Positions 1 through 12,255 are shown, numbered from the stretch's first letter. The stretch is 64,000 nt of DNA from an uncultured Actinomycetota bacterium (GCA_963843835.1 CAWJMD010000008.1:1228706-1292705); one strand, 5' to 3'. Numbers and translations are program-made. Notes: generated from the letters alone by a model not told the origin.

Positions 1-613
1 GCGTGCGGGGCTCCAGCACCGTGCGCCACGTCCACGTCCCGCCTTCCCCCGTCTCCGTCACGGTCGAGCCGTGCGCGGACGAGAAGACGAGCCGGCTGGC
101 GGTCCCCTTGATCTCCCAGACCAACGTGGAGTCACCCTCACGCCGCGGCGCGAGCACCTGACCCCGTCGCCCGGACTTCACGACGTCGACCTCCGCGAAG
201 TCGGCGGCAACGTCGACCTCGATCTCGACCGTGACGGGCTCCGACGCGGTGGACGAGAGCATCAGCTCCTCGTCGCACCGACCGGCCGACACCGTTCGCA
301 GGCGGTCGAGCCGCACGGTCGGATCGGGGTGGGCATCCCCGAGTGCCCGAAGCAGGCCCGTGAAGCGGTAGCCCGCAGCCCCCACGCGGGAGCTCGAGAC
401 AGCCTCGGGTTCAGCACCGTTCACCGTGACTACCGCTCGAGAGAGCACGCGCACGTCTCCGTGCATCATCCCCTCGGCGCCACGGTCGCGGACCTGCCCG
501 TCCGCGGACGAGGCGACCAGCGTCGGCGCCTGGAGGCACATGGCCAGCTGATGCAGTGCCGGCTGCAGCGCTCGTGTCATGCCCACACGATCCTCCCGAT
601 GGGTGGCGCTCAT
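1..613 (-). CDS. Amylo-alpha-1,6-glucosidase / glycogen-debranching-enzyme family protein, N-terminal part only (gene runs off the window at position 1)
   Basis: Absent from the ORF track because it has no stop in the window. My minus-strand translation from ATG 611-613 (SD GGGAGG = 621-626) is stop-free to position 1. It reads MSATHREDRVGMTRALQPALHQLAMCLQAPTLVASSADGQVRDRGAEGMMHGDVRVLSRAVVTVNGAEPE..., resembling the N-terminal domain of GDE-type enzymes. Preferred over the listed + ORF 71..676. Confidence 0.55.
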   Translation of the reverse strand, partial: MSATHREDRVGMTRALQPALHQLAMCLQAPTLVASSADGQVRDRGAEGMMHGDVRVLSRAVVTVNGAEPEAVSSSRVGAAGYRFTGLLRALGDAHPDPTVRLDRLRTVSAGRCDEELMLSSTASEPVTVEIEVDVAADFAEVDVVKSGRRGQVLAPRREGDSTLVWEIKGTASRLVFSSAHGSTVTETGEGGTWTWRTVLEPRT

Positions 614-690
614 CGACCATCCTCCCTCGACCCCTGCGAGCCGCAGGTCGCCTCGTCGTCCCCGAGCGGCTCTTGACAGGAGCCGCCGTC

Positions 691-739
691 TGGAGCACTG
701 TGCTCGACAAGATTTGAACGATCCAATCACAGTGCTCCA
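691..739. promoter_or_regulatory. Inverted repeat in the divergent GDE-lacI intergenic region (candidate LacI-type operator pair)
   Basis: TGGAGCACTGTG (691-702) and its exact reverse complement CACAGTGCTCCA (728-739). The left copy contains the palindrome GAGCAC-T-GTGCTC (693-705). A TTGACA hexamer lies at 673-678. Confidence 0.25.
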
Positions 740-792
740 GTGGGGTCCAGCCACCGGGAGCACCAATCGCGACGACGCGGTGGAGGTGTGGG

Positions 793-1803
793 ATGGCGGT
801 CAGGGCAACGCTCGACAGCGTCGCCGCCCGTGCCCGGGTCAGCCGCCAGACGGTCTCCAACGTCCTCAACTCCCCGCACCTGGTGAAGGCTGATACGGCC
901 CGCCGCGTGCGGGACGCCATCGACGAGCTCGGATACACACCCTCCCGGGCCGCGCGCCAGCTGCGGACCCAGCGCTCGATGCTGCTCGGCCTGCGGCTCG
1001 AACCCGACCACGGCGGCATCAACGGTGCACTGCTCGACCGCTTCCTCCACGCCGTCGTCCAGGCAGCCCAGCGCGAGTCCTACCGCATCGTCCTGTTCAC
1101 CGCCGAGGACGACGAGGCCGAGATCCACTCGTACGTCGACCTCCTCGGGGCCAGCGAGCTCGACGGCTTCCTGCTCACCAGCACCCACCACGGTGACCCC
1201 CGCACCTCGTGGCTGGCGGACCGCAACATCCCCTTCTCGACCTTCGGACGCCCTTGGGGCGAGGTCGACCAGCGGCACTCCTGGGTGGACGTCGACGGCG
1301 CCGCGGGGACGGGGGCCGCGGTCGAGCACCTCGTGGGACTCGGTCACGCGCGCATCGGCTTCATCGGCTGGCCGCCCGGGTCGGGTGTCGGCGACGACCG
1401 GCGGTCCGGCTGGGAGTCCGCCTGTCGGACACGCGGGCTCCCTGTGAACCGCACCCTGCAGGCCTTCGTCGAGGACGGTGTCCGCGCCGGCCGTGGGGCC
1501 GCAGAGAGCCTGCTCGCACACGCCAGCCCGCCGACCGCGCTCGTGTGCGCCAGCGACTCACTGGCCCTCGGCGCCCTCGCGGTGGACCCGGCCGTCTCCG
1601 TCGTCGGCTTCGACGACACCCCGGTGGCGCGCGCGGTCGGGCTGACCAGCGTGGCCCAGCCGGTGGTGCCCGCCGCGGAGGCCTGTCTCGACCAGGTCCT
1701 CGCCGTCATCTCCGGTGTCGGTGGTCCACCGCGACGCGTCCTGCTGCCCCCCACACTCACCGTCCGATCGTCCACCCACACCTCGACGCCGAGCCCCGGC
1801 TGA
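793..1803 (+). CDS. LacI family transcriptional regulator
   Basis: 336 aa ORF with N-terminal HTH MAVRATLDSVAARARVSRQTVSNVLN...YTPSRAARQLR and a sugar-binding-fold core. SD GGAGG at 783-787. Confidence 0.9.
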   Translation: MAVRATLDSVAARARVSRQTVSNVLNSPHLVKADTARRVRDAIDELGYTPSRAARQLRTQRSMLLGLRLEPDHGGINGALLDRFLHAVVQAAQRESYRIVLFTAEDDEAEIHSYVDLLGASELDGFLLTSTHHGDPRTSWLADRNIPFSTFGRPWGEVDQRHSWVDVDGAAGTGAAVEHLVGLGHARIGFIGWPPGSGVGDDRRSGWESACRTRGLPVNRTLQAFVEDGVRAGRGAAESLLAHASPPTALVCASDSLALGALAVDPAVSVVGFDDTPVARAVGLTSVAQPVVPAAEACLDQVLAVISGVGGPPRRVLLPPTLTVRSSTHTSTPSPG

Positions 1804-1821
1804 ACCCCCAGGAGTGCCACC

Positions 1822-3066
1822 ATGTCCCCCACGCATCGAGCAACCGCCGCGACGAGCGTCGCCGTCGCCCTCTGCCTCGCCCTGTCCGCATGCGGTGGCA
1901 GCGGCTTCTCCGAGAGCGCACCGTCCGAGGAACAGCCGACCGGCCCCGCGGACCTGTCGGTCCTGATCGGGTCGAGCGGCCCGGCCGAGACCGACGCCGT
2001 CACCGCCGCCGCCAAGGCGTGGGCCGACGAGTCCGGCAACAACGCCGAGGTGATCGCTGCACAGGACCTCAACCAGCAGCTGAGCCAGGGCTTCGCCGCC
2101 GGCTCGCCCCCTGACGTCTTCTACGTCAGCTCCGACCTCGTGGCCTCCTATGCGTCCAACGGCTCCCTCGAGCCGTACGCGGCAGACATGGAGAACGCCG
2201 ACGACTTCTACCCGAACCTCCGTGAGGCCTTCACCGTCGACGGCGAGTACTACTGCGCACCCAAGGACTTCTCCACGCTCGCCCTGGTCATCAACAACGC
2301 GTCCTGGACGGCCGCCGGACTGACCGACGACGACGTCCCGACCACATGGGACGAGCTGCGGGGCGTGGCGAAGAAGCTCACCACCGACAGCCAGGTCGGT
2401 CTGACGACGAGCACCGAGTACCAGCGCCTGGGAGCCTTCATGACGCAGGCCGGCGGGGGCCTCGTCACCGACGGGAACGCCTCCGCGGCGAGCGACGAGA
2501 ACGTCGAGGCGTTGAAGTACGTGCAGTCGATGGTGGCGGACGGCTCGATGAAGTTCGCCCAGGACCTCGACGCGGGCTGGGCCGGAGAGGCCTTCGGCAC
2601 GGGCAAGGCGGCCATGACCATCGAGGGCAACTGGGTGCTGGGTGCCCTCGCCTCCGACTACCCGGACATCGACTACCGGATCGCCGAGCTGCCGGAAGGC
2701 CCGGCCGGACCCGGCACGCTGACCTTCACCAACTGCTGGGGCATCGCGGCGGACAGCCCGAACAAGGCGGCCGCCAGGGACATGGTCGAGTTCCTGACCT
2801 CGAGCGAGCAGCAGCTGGCGTTCGCGACGGCCTTCGGCGTGATGCCCTCCGTCCAGTCCGCCGCCGACCAGTGGCGTGACGACAACCCGGAGGCGGCAGC
2901 GTTCCTCGACGAGGCCGACTACGCGGTCGCCCTTCCCAACAACGAGGGTGTCTCCGACGTCATCGCCGACCTCAACTCGCAGCTCGAGAGCCTCGCCTCG
3001 GGCGACCCGAAGGCCATTCTCGAGTCGGCCCAGGCGAACCTCGAGGCCGTGCTGGGGGGGTCGTGA
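1822..3066 (+). CDS. ABC sugar transporter substrate-binding lipoprotein
   Basis: 414 aa. Signal peptide with lipobox LSAC-GG, typical extracellular solute-binding family sequence, and directly followed by two permease genes. Confidence 0.85.
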   Translation: MSPTHRATAATSVAVALCLALSACGGSGFSESAPSEEQPTGPADLSVLIGSSGPAETDAVTAAAKAWADESGNNAEVIAAQDLNQQLSQGFAAGSPPDVFYVSSDLVASYASNGSLEPYAADMENADDFYPNLREAFTVDGEYYCAPKDFSTLALVINNASWTAAGLTDDDVPTTWDELRGVAKKLTTDSQVGLTTSTEYQRLGAFMTQAGGGLVTDGNASAASDENVEALKYVQSMVADGSMKFAQDLDAGWAGEAFGTGKAAMTIEGNWVLGALASDYPDIDYRIAELPEGPAGPGTLTFTNCWGIAADSPNKAAARDMVEFLTSSEQQLAFATAFGVMPSVQSAADQWRDDNPEAAAFLDEADYAVALPNNEGVSDVIADLNSQLESLASGDPKAILESAQANLEAVLGGS

Positions 3067-4148
3067 CCCGACGAACCTCCCAGGGCTCGGGTCTGAGGGG
3101 GCACGAGACACCCGCCGGCTGGCTGCTCACGGCACCCGCGCTGGTCATCCTGGGCCTGTTCCTCGTCGTGCCGGTGCTGATGGCCGCCTGGGTCAGCGTG
3201 AGCGACTGGGGCGGCCGCGGGAGCCCGTTCGCGTCGACCGTGGGCTTCGTCGGCGCGGACAACTACCGCCAGGTGCTCACGAGTGAGGGTGGTCTCCAGG
3301 CACGCGACTTCGGGACGGCCCTGCGCAACAACCTCTGGTACGTCGTGCTCGTCGTGCCGCTGCAGACGGTCGCTGCGCTCACGCTCGCCGTGCTGGTCAA
3401 CCGCAGGATGCTCCGCGGCCGCGGGGTCTTCCGGACGGCCTTCTACTTCCCCTCGGTCACGAGCTCCGTGGCGATCGTGCTGGTCTTCCTCTTCCTCTTC
3501 AGCGGCAGCGGCGCGGTGAACAGGGTGCTGTCGTGGCTGGGGGTCAACGGCCCCAACTGGTTCGCCGACCCCCGGGGAGTCCTGCACGTGCTGCTGGAGG
3601 CCCTGGGGGTGGACCAGGGGCCGGCGCCGCTCGTGGAGCACGGCTTCCTCCTGGTGTCCTGGTGGGACTGGCTCGCGGGCCCGAGTGTTGCCATGAGCGC
3701 GCTGGTCATGCTCGCGGTCTTCACGACCTCGGGCACATTCATGCTGCTGTTCATCGCCGCGCTGCAGAACATCTCGGGCGAGGTGGAGGAGGCGGCGATG
3801 GTGGACGGGGCGACATCCTGGCAGCGGTTCCGCCACATCACACTGCCCATGCTGCGCCCGACGCTGTTCACCGTGCTCACCCTGGGACTGATCGGCACGT
3901 GGCAGGTCTTCGACCAGATCTATGTGGGCACGCAGGGTGGACCGGGCAAGACCACGATCACCCCCGCCTACCTGTCGTACACGTCCTCCTTCCAGCAGCA
4001 GCACTGGGGTCAGGGCGCCGCGATCGCGTTCATCCTGTTCTTCATCATCGTCACGCTCGCCCTGGCCCAGCGCTGGGTACTGCGGGAGAGGACGACCGTC
4101 CCCCGGCGCAAGCGTTTCGTGCAGACGACGTCCGGAGGTGCGGCGTGA
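3063..4148 (+). CDS. Carbohydrate ABC transporter permease (MalF/UgpA type)
   Basis: 361 aa polytopic protein with EAA loop EEAAMVDGATSWQRFRHITLP. GTGA start/stop overlap with the binding-protein gene. Confidence 0.85.
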   Translation: MTRRTSQGSGLRGHETPAGWLLTAPALVILGLFLVVPVLMAAWVSVSDWGGRGSPFASTVGFVGADNYRQVLTSEGGLQARDFGTALRNNLWYVVLVVPLQTVAALTLAVLVNRRMLRGRGVFRTAFYFPSVTSSVAIVLVFLFLFSGSGAVNRVLSWLGVNGPNWFADPRGVLHVLLEALGVDQGPAPLVEHGFLLVSWWDWLAGPSVAMSALVMLAVFTTSGTFMLLFIAALQNISGEVEEAAMVDGATSWQRFRHITLPMLRPTLFTVLTLGLIGTWQVFDQIYVGTQGGPGKTTITPAYLSYTSSFQQQHWGQGAAIAFILFFIIVTLALAQRWVLRERTTVPRRKRFVQTTSGGAA

Positions 4149-5056
4149 CCGCGACGGCGCTGGAACCGACGACGAGAGAACCGGACCCGGTGCCCCGCGA
4201 GTCGCCCCCACCGAGCCGGCGCAGCCGCCGGAGCCTCATCGGCTCGTCGCTCACCTACGGCCTGCTGGTCGCGATCGCCGTCCTCTACGTCTTCCCGTTC
4301 CTCATCCAGATCGCCACGTCGTTCAAGACCGATGCCGATGCGACGCAGAACCCGCTGTCGCTGGTTCCCGAGACGTGGACCTCTGCGACGTACGAGGCCC
4401 TCTTCACCAGCGACCTGCCCTTCCTCACGTGGACGGCGAACAGCGTGATCGTCACCGTCTGCGTCACGGTCGGCCGCGTCCTGTTCGCCTCGATGGCGGG
4501 GTACGCGCTGGCGCGGCTGCACTTCCGCGGTCGAGGGCTCGTCTTCGCCGGCCTCGTCGCGGTGATGGCAGTGCCCGGCGTGGTGCTGCTGATCCCCAAG
4601 TTCCTCGTGGTGAACCAGCTCGGCATCTACGACAGCTACGCCGGCATGATCATCCCGCTGCTCGCCGACGCGGCCGGCGTCTTCATCATGAAGAACTTCT
4701 TCGAGTCGATCCCCGTGAGCGTCGAGGAGGCTGCGCGCATCGACGGCGCTGGCGTCTTCAGGACCTACTGGTCGGTGGTCCTGCCGATGGCACGGCCCGC
4801 CCTCATCACCATCGTCATCCTGTCGTTCCAGGGGTCCTGGAACGAGCTGTCCCACTTCGTCGTGTCGGCCCAGAGCCCCGAGCTCTACACCCTCACCAAG
4901 GGTGTGGCGACCCTCGCGTCCGGAGGACAGGGCCAGGCCCAGCAGTTCCCGCTGAAGCTGGGAGCCGCGGCGCTGATGACGATCCCCGTGGCGGTGATGT
5001 TCTTCGTCTTCCAGCGGCAGATCATGAGCACCGCCCAAGGCGCCGAGAAGGGCTGA
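4145..5056 (+). CDS. Carbohydrate ABC transporter permease (MalG/UgpE type)
   Basis: In frame with listed ORF 3533..5056. I place the start at GTG 4145 (GTGA overlap with the upstream stop). EAA loop EEAARIDGAGVFRTYWSVVLP. Confidence 0.85.
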   Translation: MTATALEPTTREPDPVPRESPPPSRRSRRSLIGSSLTYGLLVAIAVLYVFPFLIQIATSFKTDADATQNPLSLVPETWTSATYEALFTSDLPFLTWTANSVIVTVCVTVGRVLFASMAGYALARLHFRGRGLVFAGLVAVMAVPGVVLLIPKFLVVNQLGIYDSYAGMIIPLLADAAGVFIMKNFFESIPVSVEEAARIDGAGVFRTYWSVVLPMARPALITIVILSFQGSWNELSHFVVSAQSPELYTLTKGVATLASGGQGQAQQFPLKLGAAALMTIPVAVMFFVFQRQIMSTAQGAEKG

Positions 5057-5080
5057 CTCCCAGACGGTCCCGATCGGAGA

Positions 5081-5128
5081 GACGACGAGGCCCCGCTCCC
5101 GGGTCGTCCGGGGCGGGGCCTCGTCGTG
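5081..5128. terminator. GC-rich hairpin between convergent ABC permease and aconitase genes (bidirectional terminator candidate)
   Basis: GACGACGAGGCCCCGC (5081-5096) pairs with GCGGGGCCTCGTCGT (5113-5127). It lies between stops at 5056 and 5140. Confidence 0.5.
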
Positions 5129-5139
5129 TCTTCGGGCCG

Positions 5140-7941
<2,802 letters not shown>

Positions 7942-7962
7942 GCTGGCTCTCCTCCTGACGAA

Positions 7963-7994
7963 AGTATCTTGATGTCAAGATACTAGTGTCTTGC
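7963..7994. promoter_or_regulatory. AT-rich palindrome plus third half-site in the aconitase leader/promoter (candidate operator)
   Basis: AGTATCTTGA-TG-TCAAGATACT (7963-7984, perfect 10-bp arms) followed by AGTGTCTTGC (7985-7994, 8/10 match to the left arm). It begins 7 nt upstream of the acn SD. Confidence 0.35.
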
Positions 7995-8058
7995 GGCGGA
8001 CCTGTCACGCCATCCTCGCGCTGTGGCCGCGCGACACGCCACCCGGGCACGACCCCCA

Positions 8059-8143
8059 CCTCACCCCCGCCGCCGGGTGGTCGTATCTGGCGCGACACGC
8101 GGGGCGTGTCGCGCCAGATGCGACCACTCGGCGGGGTGAGGGT
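8059..8143 (-). terminator. Long imperfect hairpin immediately after the methyltransferase stop
   Basis: Perfect core ATCTGGCGCGACACG-CGGGG-CGTGTCGCGCCAGAT (8085-8119). It is extended by imperfect outer arms CCTCACCCCCGCCGCCGGGTGGTCGT / GCGACCACTCGGCGGGGTGAGGG. The right end abuts the TGA at 8143-8145. Confidence 0.4.
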
Positions 8144-9402
8144 CACATGGCGGGCACCAGGCGCGCCACGCACTCGACGTGGTGCGTCATCGGGAACAGG
8201 TCGAACGCGCGCACTTCGTCGAGGCGGTAGCCGTGGGTGGCGAACGTGGCGACGTCACGCGCCAGCGCCGCGGGGTCGCAGGCCACGTAGACGACGACCT
8301 CCGGCCGCAGGGCCGCGACCTGGCGGACGACGGACGCGCCGGCTCCCACCCGGGGCGGGTCGAGCACCACGGCTCGCGCCCGGACGACCGGTGCTGTCTC
8401 CAGGGCGTACCCGACGTCCCCCTCGGCCAGCTCGACCTGCTCCAGGTCGTGGGCGTTGCGACGCGCGTCGGTCGCGGCGCGGCGGTCGCCCTCGACCGCG
8501 AGCACGCGCCCGCGCGGTCCCACCCGGTCGGCCAGCAGGGGCGTGAACAGCCCCGCGCCCGCGTAGAGGTCGAAGACCGAGGCATTCCCCAGGTCCGTCT
8601 CCCCCAGCGCCTGCGACACGGCGTCGAGGAGCAGGGCCGGGGCCTCGCGGTGGACCTGCCAGAACCCCGACGCCGCGACGCGGTACCGCCGTTCCACGCC
8701 GTCCGACGCGGCGACGACCTCACGCACCGAGGTCCGGGCGGTGCGGCGCGTGTCGGCGTGGCCGTCGACCCAGGGCACGCCGTCGACCGTCACGAGGGGA
8801 CGGTCGCCGCCGGCGGGCGCCGCGACCTCGACGCGGCTGCCTGCGGGCCACTGCTGGGAGAACAGGTCGAGAGCCGCCACGTGTTCGGTGGCCAGGGGCA
8901 TGGCGTCCAACGCCACGACGTCGTGCGACCTGTGGCGGCGCATGCCTGCCCGGCCTTCCGCGTCGGCCACCAGCGCCAGGCGAGTGCGCCAGGCCAGTCC
9001 CCCTCGCTGGTCGTCCCCAGGTGCTGCCTCGACCACGACGGAGCGATCGTCCTTCGCCAGTCGGGACAGCTGCTCGGCGACGACGGACGCCTTCCACCGC
9101 CGCTGCGCCGGCAGCGCGACGTGGGCCAGCTCTCCGCCGCCGACGCCACCAGGGCCGGCCTCCGGCCACACCGACGGCACCCGGTCGGGCGAGGGGGCCA
9201 GGACCTCGACGGCGTCGCCGCGCCAGAAGCGCTGTCCGGCAGCGGCGTCGGTGAGACGCACGCGGACACGCTCACCGGGCAGCGTGTGCCGCACGAAGAC
9301 GACGCGGCCCTCGTGCCGCGCCACGCAGTGCCCGCCGTGGGCCACGCGCTCGACGTCGACCTCCACCTCGAGCGGCGGGACCGGATCCTCGTCGGCTCCC
9401 AC
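8143..9402 (-). CDS. Class I SAM-dependent RNA methyltransferase (TRAM domain, RumA/TrmA family; Rv2689c-like)
   Basis: 419 aa with SAM motif VFDLYAGAGLF and C-terminal DLFPMTHHVECV. Conserved position next to the APC-type permease and trkA pair. Confidence 0.8.
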   Translation of the reverse strand: MGADEDPVPPLEVEVDVERVAHGGHCVARHEGRVVFVRHTLPGERVRVRLTDAAAGQRFWRGDAVEVLAPSPDRVPSVWPEAGPGGVGGGELAHVALPAQRRWKASVVAEQLSRLAKDDRSVVVEAAPGDDQRGGLAWRTRLALVADAEGRAGMRRHRSHDVVALDAMPLATEHVAALDLFSQQWPAGSRVEVAAPAGGDRPLVTVDGVPWVDGHADTRRTARTSVREVVAASDGVERRYRVAASGFWQVHREAPALLLDAVSQALGETDLGNASVFDLYAGAGLFTPLLADRVGPRGRVLAVEGDRRAATDARRNAHDLEQVELAEGDVGYALETAPVVRARAVVLDPPRVGAGASVVRQVAALRPEVVVYVACDPAALARDVATFATHGYRLDEVRAFDLFPMTHHVECVARLVPAM

Positions 9403-11519
9403 TACGACTCGACCGGGCCGTCGGCGCCCGCGTCCGTGGGCTGCGGCCTCGGGCGCTGGGCCTCGGGCGGGCGTGTGCCCCGGCGCACGTCTCCCGGCGC
9501 CTCACCGTCGAGCCGATCCTCCATCCCCTCGGAGGAGTGCAGCTGCCAGGGCACGCTCGCGACCACCACCCCGGGCGTGTAGTGCAGCCTCGACTTGAGA
9601 CGCAGGGCGCTCTGGTTGTGCAGCAGCTGCTCCCACCAGTGACCGACCACGTACTCCGGCACGTAGACCACGACGAGGTCGCGCGGACTGACGCGACGGA
9701 TCTTCTTGACGTAGCGGACGATGGGCCGGGTGATCTCGCGGTAGGGCGAGTGCAACGCCTTGAGCGGCACCGGGATCGACCGCTCGTCCCACTCCCGGCG
9801 CAGGGCCTCGGTGGCGTCGGGGTCGACGTCGACGGTGATGGCCTCCAAGGTCGACGGCCGGGAGGCGCGCGCGTACGCCAGCGCCCGCAGCGTCGGCAGG
9901 TGCAGCTTCGAGACGAGCACGATGGCGTGCACACGTGACGGCAGCGACCGCACGTTCGCGTCCACCGCCTCGCTCGACTGCAGCTCACGCGCGACGTGGT
10001 CGTAGTGGGTGCGGATGCCGCGCATCACCATGAACAGCACGACCATGGCGAGGATCGCGATCCAGGCGCCGAGCAGGAACTTCGTGATGAGGACGACGAC
10101 GAGCACGACGCCGGTCATCGCCAGGCCGACCGTGTTGATCGCCCGCGAACGCCGCATCCGCGCGCGCTCCGACGGCGAGGTCTCCAGGCGCAGGTGCCGC
10201 GTCCAGTGCCGCACCATTCCCAGCTGGCTCATCGTGAACGACACGAAGACACCGATGATGTACAGCTGGATCAGCTGGGTGACCTGGGCGTTGAAGGCGA
10301 TGATCAGAAGGACGGCTGCGCCGGCGAGCATCACGATGCCGTTGCTGAACGCGAGCCGGTCGCCGCGGGTGTGCAGCTGGCGCGGCAGGTAGCCGTCCTT
10401 GGCCAGGATGGAACCCAGGACGGGGAAGCCGTTGAAGGCGGTGTTGGCGGCCAGGACGAGGATCAGGCCGGTCGCTGCCGTGACCAGCCAGAACGCCGGG
10501 TCGAAGCCCGAGAAGATCCCGTCCGCGAGCTGGCCGATGATGGGCAGCTGGTGGTACTCGGTTCCGTCGGCGAAGACGACGGAGTCACCCGGCCCCGGGA
10601 CGCCCAGCTGCCCGTCCTTGAGCAGCTCGTCCCACGGCTTGGTCTCGTCGACGTAGACCACGCCCATCTCGCGCGCCAGCAGCACCATGGACATCGTCAT
10701 CGTGATGGCGAGACCGCCCAGCATCGCGAGGGTCGCGGCCGCGTTGGCGCTCTTGGGCTTGCGGAAGGCCGGCACGCCGTTGCTGATCGCCTCGACGCCG
10801 GTCAGCGCCGCGCACCCCGAGGAGAAGGCCCTCAGGAGCAGGAAGACGCCGACGGCGGTGCCCAGTCCCTCGGCGTACTGGGGCTGCACCTCGGTGGCGT
10901 ACTGGGCGCTCTCCGCCAGGGGCAGCGACCCGGTGACCCAGCGGAACGCGCCGACGAGCGCCATCCCGAGGATCGAGACCATGAAGATGTACGTGGGGAT
11001 GGCGAAGAGGGTCCCCGACTCGCGCACGCCGCGGAGGTTCATGGCCGTCAGCAGCGCCACCGCCGCGACGGCCACCAGCGCCTGGTGGTCGCGGATCTGC
11101 GGGATCGCCGACGCCGCGTACTGGGCCGCCGACGAGATCGACACCGCGACCGTCAGCACGTAGTCGACCATCAGGGCGCTGGCGACGGCGACGCCCGCGT
11201 TCCGTCCCAGGTTCACGGTCGCGACCTCGTAGTCGCCCCCGCCCGACGGGTACGCGTGCACGTTCTGGCGGTACGACGCCACCACCACGAGCAGCACCAG
11301 CGCGACGACGATCCCGATCTGCCACGAGAACGCGTAGGCACTCACCCCGGCGACGGCCAGGGTCAGGAAGATCTCGTTGGGGGCGTACGCCACCGACGAG
11401 AGGGCGTCGGACGCGAAGACCGGCAGGGCGATGCGCTTCGACAGGAGCGTCTCGGACAGCCTGTCGCTGCGGAAGGGTCGTCCCAGCAGGATCCGCTTGG
11501 CGCCGTCGGTGATGCTCAC
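9402..11519 (-). CDS. APC-superfamily permease with large C-terminal cytoplasmic domain (Rv2690c-like)
   Basis: Listed ORF 9402..11651. I prefer GTG 11519 (VSITDGAKRILLGRPFRSDRL...) because the upstream extension would overlap the divergent trkA start. Multi-TM N-terminal two thirds. Confidence 0.7.
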   Translation of the reverse strand: MSITDGAKRILLGRPFRSDRLSETLLSKRIALPVFASDALSSVAYAPNEIFLTLAVAGVSAYAFSWQIGIVVALVLLVVVASYRQNVHAYPSGGGDYEVATVNLGRNAGVAVASALMVDYVLTVAVSISSAAQYAASAIPQIRDHQALVAVAAVALLTAMNLRGVRESGTLFAIPTYIFMVSILGMALVGAFRWVTGSLPLAESAQYATEVQPQYAEGLGTAVGVFLLLRAFSSGCAALTGVEAISNGVPAFRKPKSANAAATLAMLGGLAITMTMSMVLLAREMGVVYVDETKPWDELLKDGQLGVPGPGDSVVFADGTEYHQLPIIGQLADGIFSGFDPAFWLVTAATGLILVLAANTAFNGFPVLGSILAKDGYLPRQLHTRGDRLAFSNGIVMLAGAAVLLIIAFNAQVTQLIQLYIIGVFVSFTMSQLGMVRHWTRHLRLETSPSERARMRRSRAINTVGLAMTGVVLVVVLITKFLLGAWIAILAMVVLFMVMRGIRTHYDHVARELQSSEAVDANVRSLPSRVHAIVLVSKLHLPTLRALAYARASRPSTLEAITVDVDPDATEALRREWDERSIPVPLKALHSPYREITRPIVRYVKKIRRVSPRDLVVVYVPEYVVGHWWEQLLHNQSALRLKSRLHYTPGVVVASVPWQLHSSEGMEDRLDGEAPGDVRRGTRPPEAQRPRPQPTDAGADGPVES

Positions 11520-11565
11520 GAGCGACCATGCTAGGCACACCCCCCGGACGTGTAGCGTTCCGGCC

Positions 11566-12228
11566 GTGCACTTCGTGATCATGGGCTGCGGCCGCGTCGG
11601 GGCCTCGCTGGCCCGAAGCCTCCAGAAGCGCGGCCACTCGGTCGCCGTCATCGACCAGGCCGCCGAGTCGTTCCGGCGTCTCGGCGCGGGCTACGAGGGG
11701 ACGACGGTCACCGGCGTCGGCTTCGACCGTGACACCCTCGTCGAGGCGGGTATCGAGGAGGCGTACGCCTTCGCGGCCGTCTCGAGCGGGGACAACTCGA
11801 ACATCCTCGCGGCGCGGGTCGCGCGCGAGACGTTCGGCGTCTCGAACGTGGTGGCCCGCATCTACGACCCGGGACGCGCCGAGGTCTACCAGCGGCTGGG
11901 CATCCCCACGGTCGCGACCGTGAGCTGGACGTCGGACCAGATGCTGAGGCGGCTCCTGCCCCACGGCGCGGCCCCGGCCTACGCCGACCCGAGCGGCCAC
12001 CTGCAGCTCGCCGAGATCAGCGTCCACCCCGGCTGGGTCGGACGGCTGCTGTCGGACCTGGAGAGGGCCTCGCACGCGCGGGTGGCCTTCCTGACCCGGT
12101 TGGGCAAGGGCGTGCTCCCGACCCCGGAGACCGTGTACCAGGAGGGTGACCTGGTGCACCTGATGATCGGCGTGGACGACCTGCCCACCGTGGAGCGGCA
12201 GCTGTCGAAGCCGCCTGCCACCGACTGA
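11566..12228 (+). CDS. trkA: TrkA-family potassium uptake protein (RCK_N/RCK_C; CeoB-like)
   Basis: In frame with ORF 11377..12228, start placed at GTG 11566. VHFVIMGCGRVGASLARSL Rossmann motif. Confidence 0.85.
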   Translation: MHFVIMGCGRVGASLARSLQKRGHSVAVIDQAAESFRRLGAGYEGTTVTGVGFDRDTLVEAGIEEAYAFAAVSSGDNSNILAARVARETFGVSNVVARIYDPGRAEVYQRLGIPTVATVSWTSDQMLRRLLPHGAAPAYADPSGHLQLAEISVHPGWVGRLLSDLERASHARVAFLTRLGKGVLPTPETVYQEGDLVHLMIGVDDLPTVERQLSKPPATD

Positions 12229-12255
12229 CCCTCCACCCTCAGATCAGGAGACTCG

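Noticed and set aside
71-676. Listed + strand ORF 71..676 (201 aa) at the window start
   Set aside because: The minus strand in the same place gives a stop-free, SD-preceded reading with glycogen-debranching-type N-terminal sequence. The + ORF text is low-complexity.
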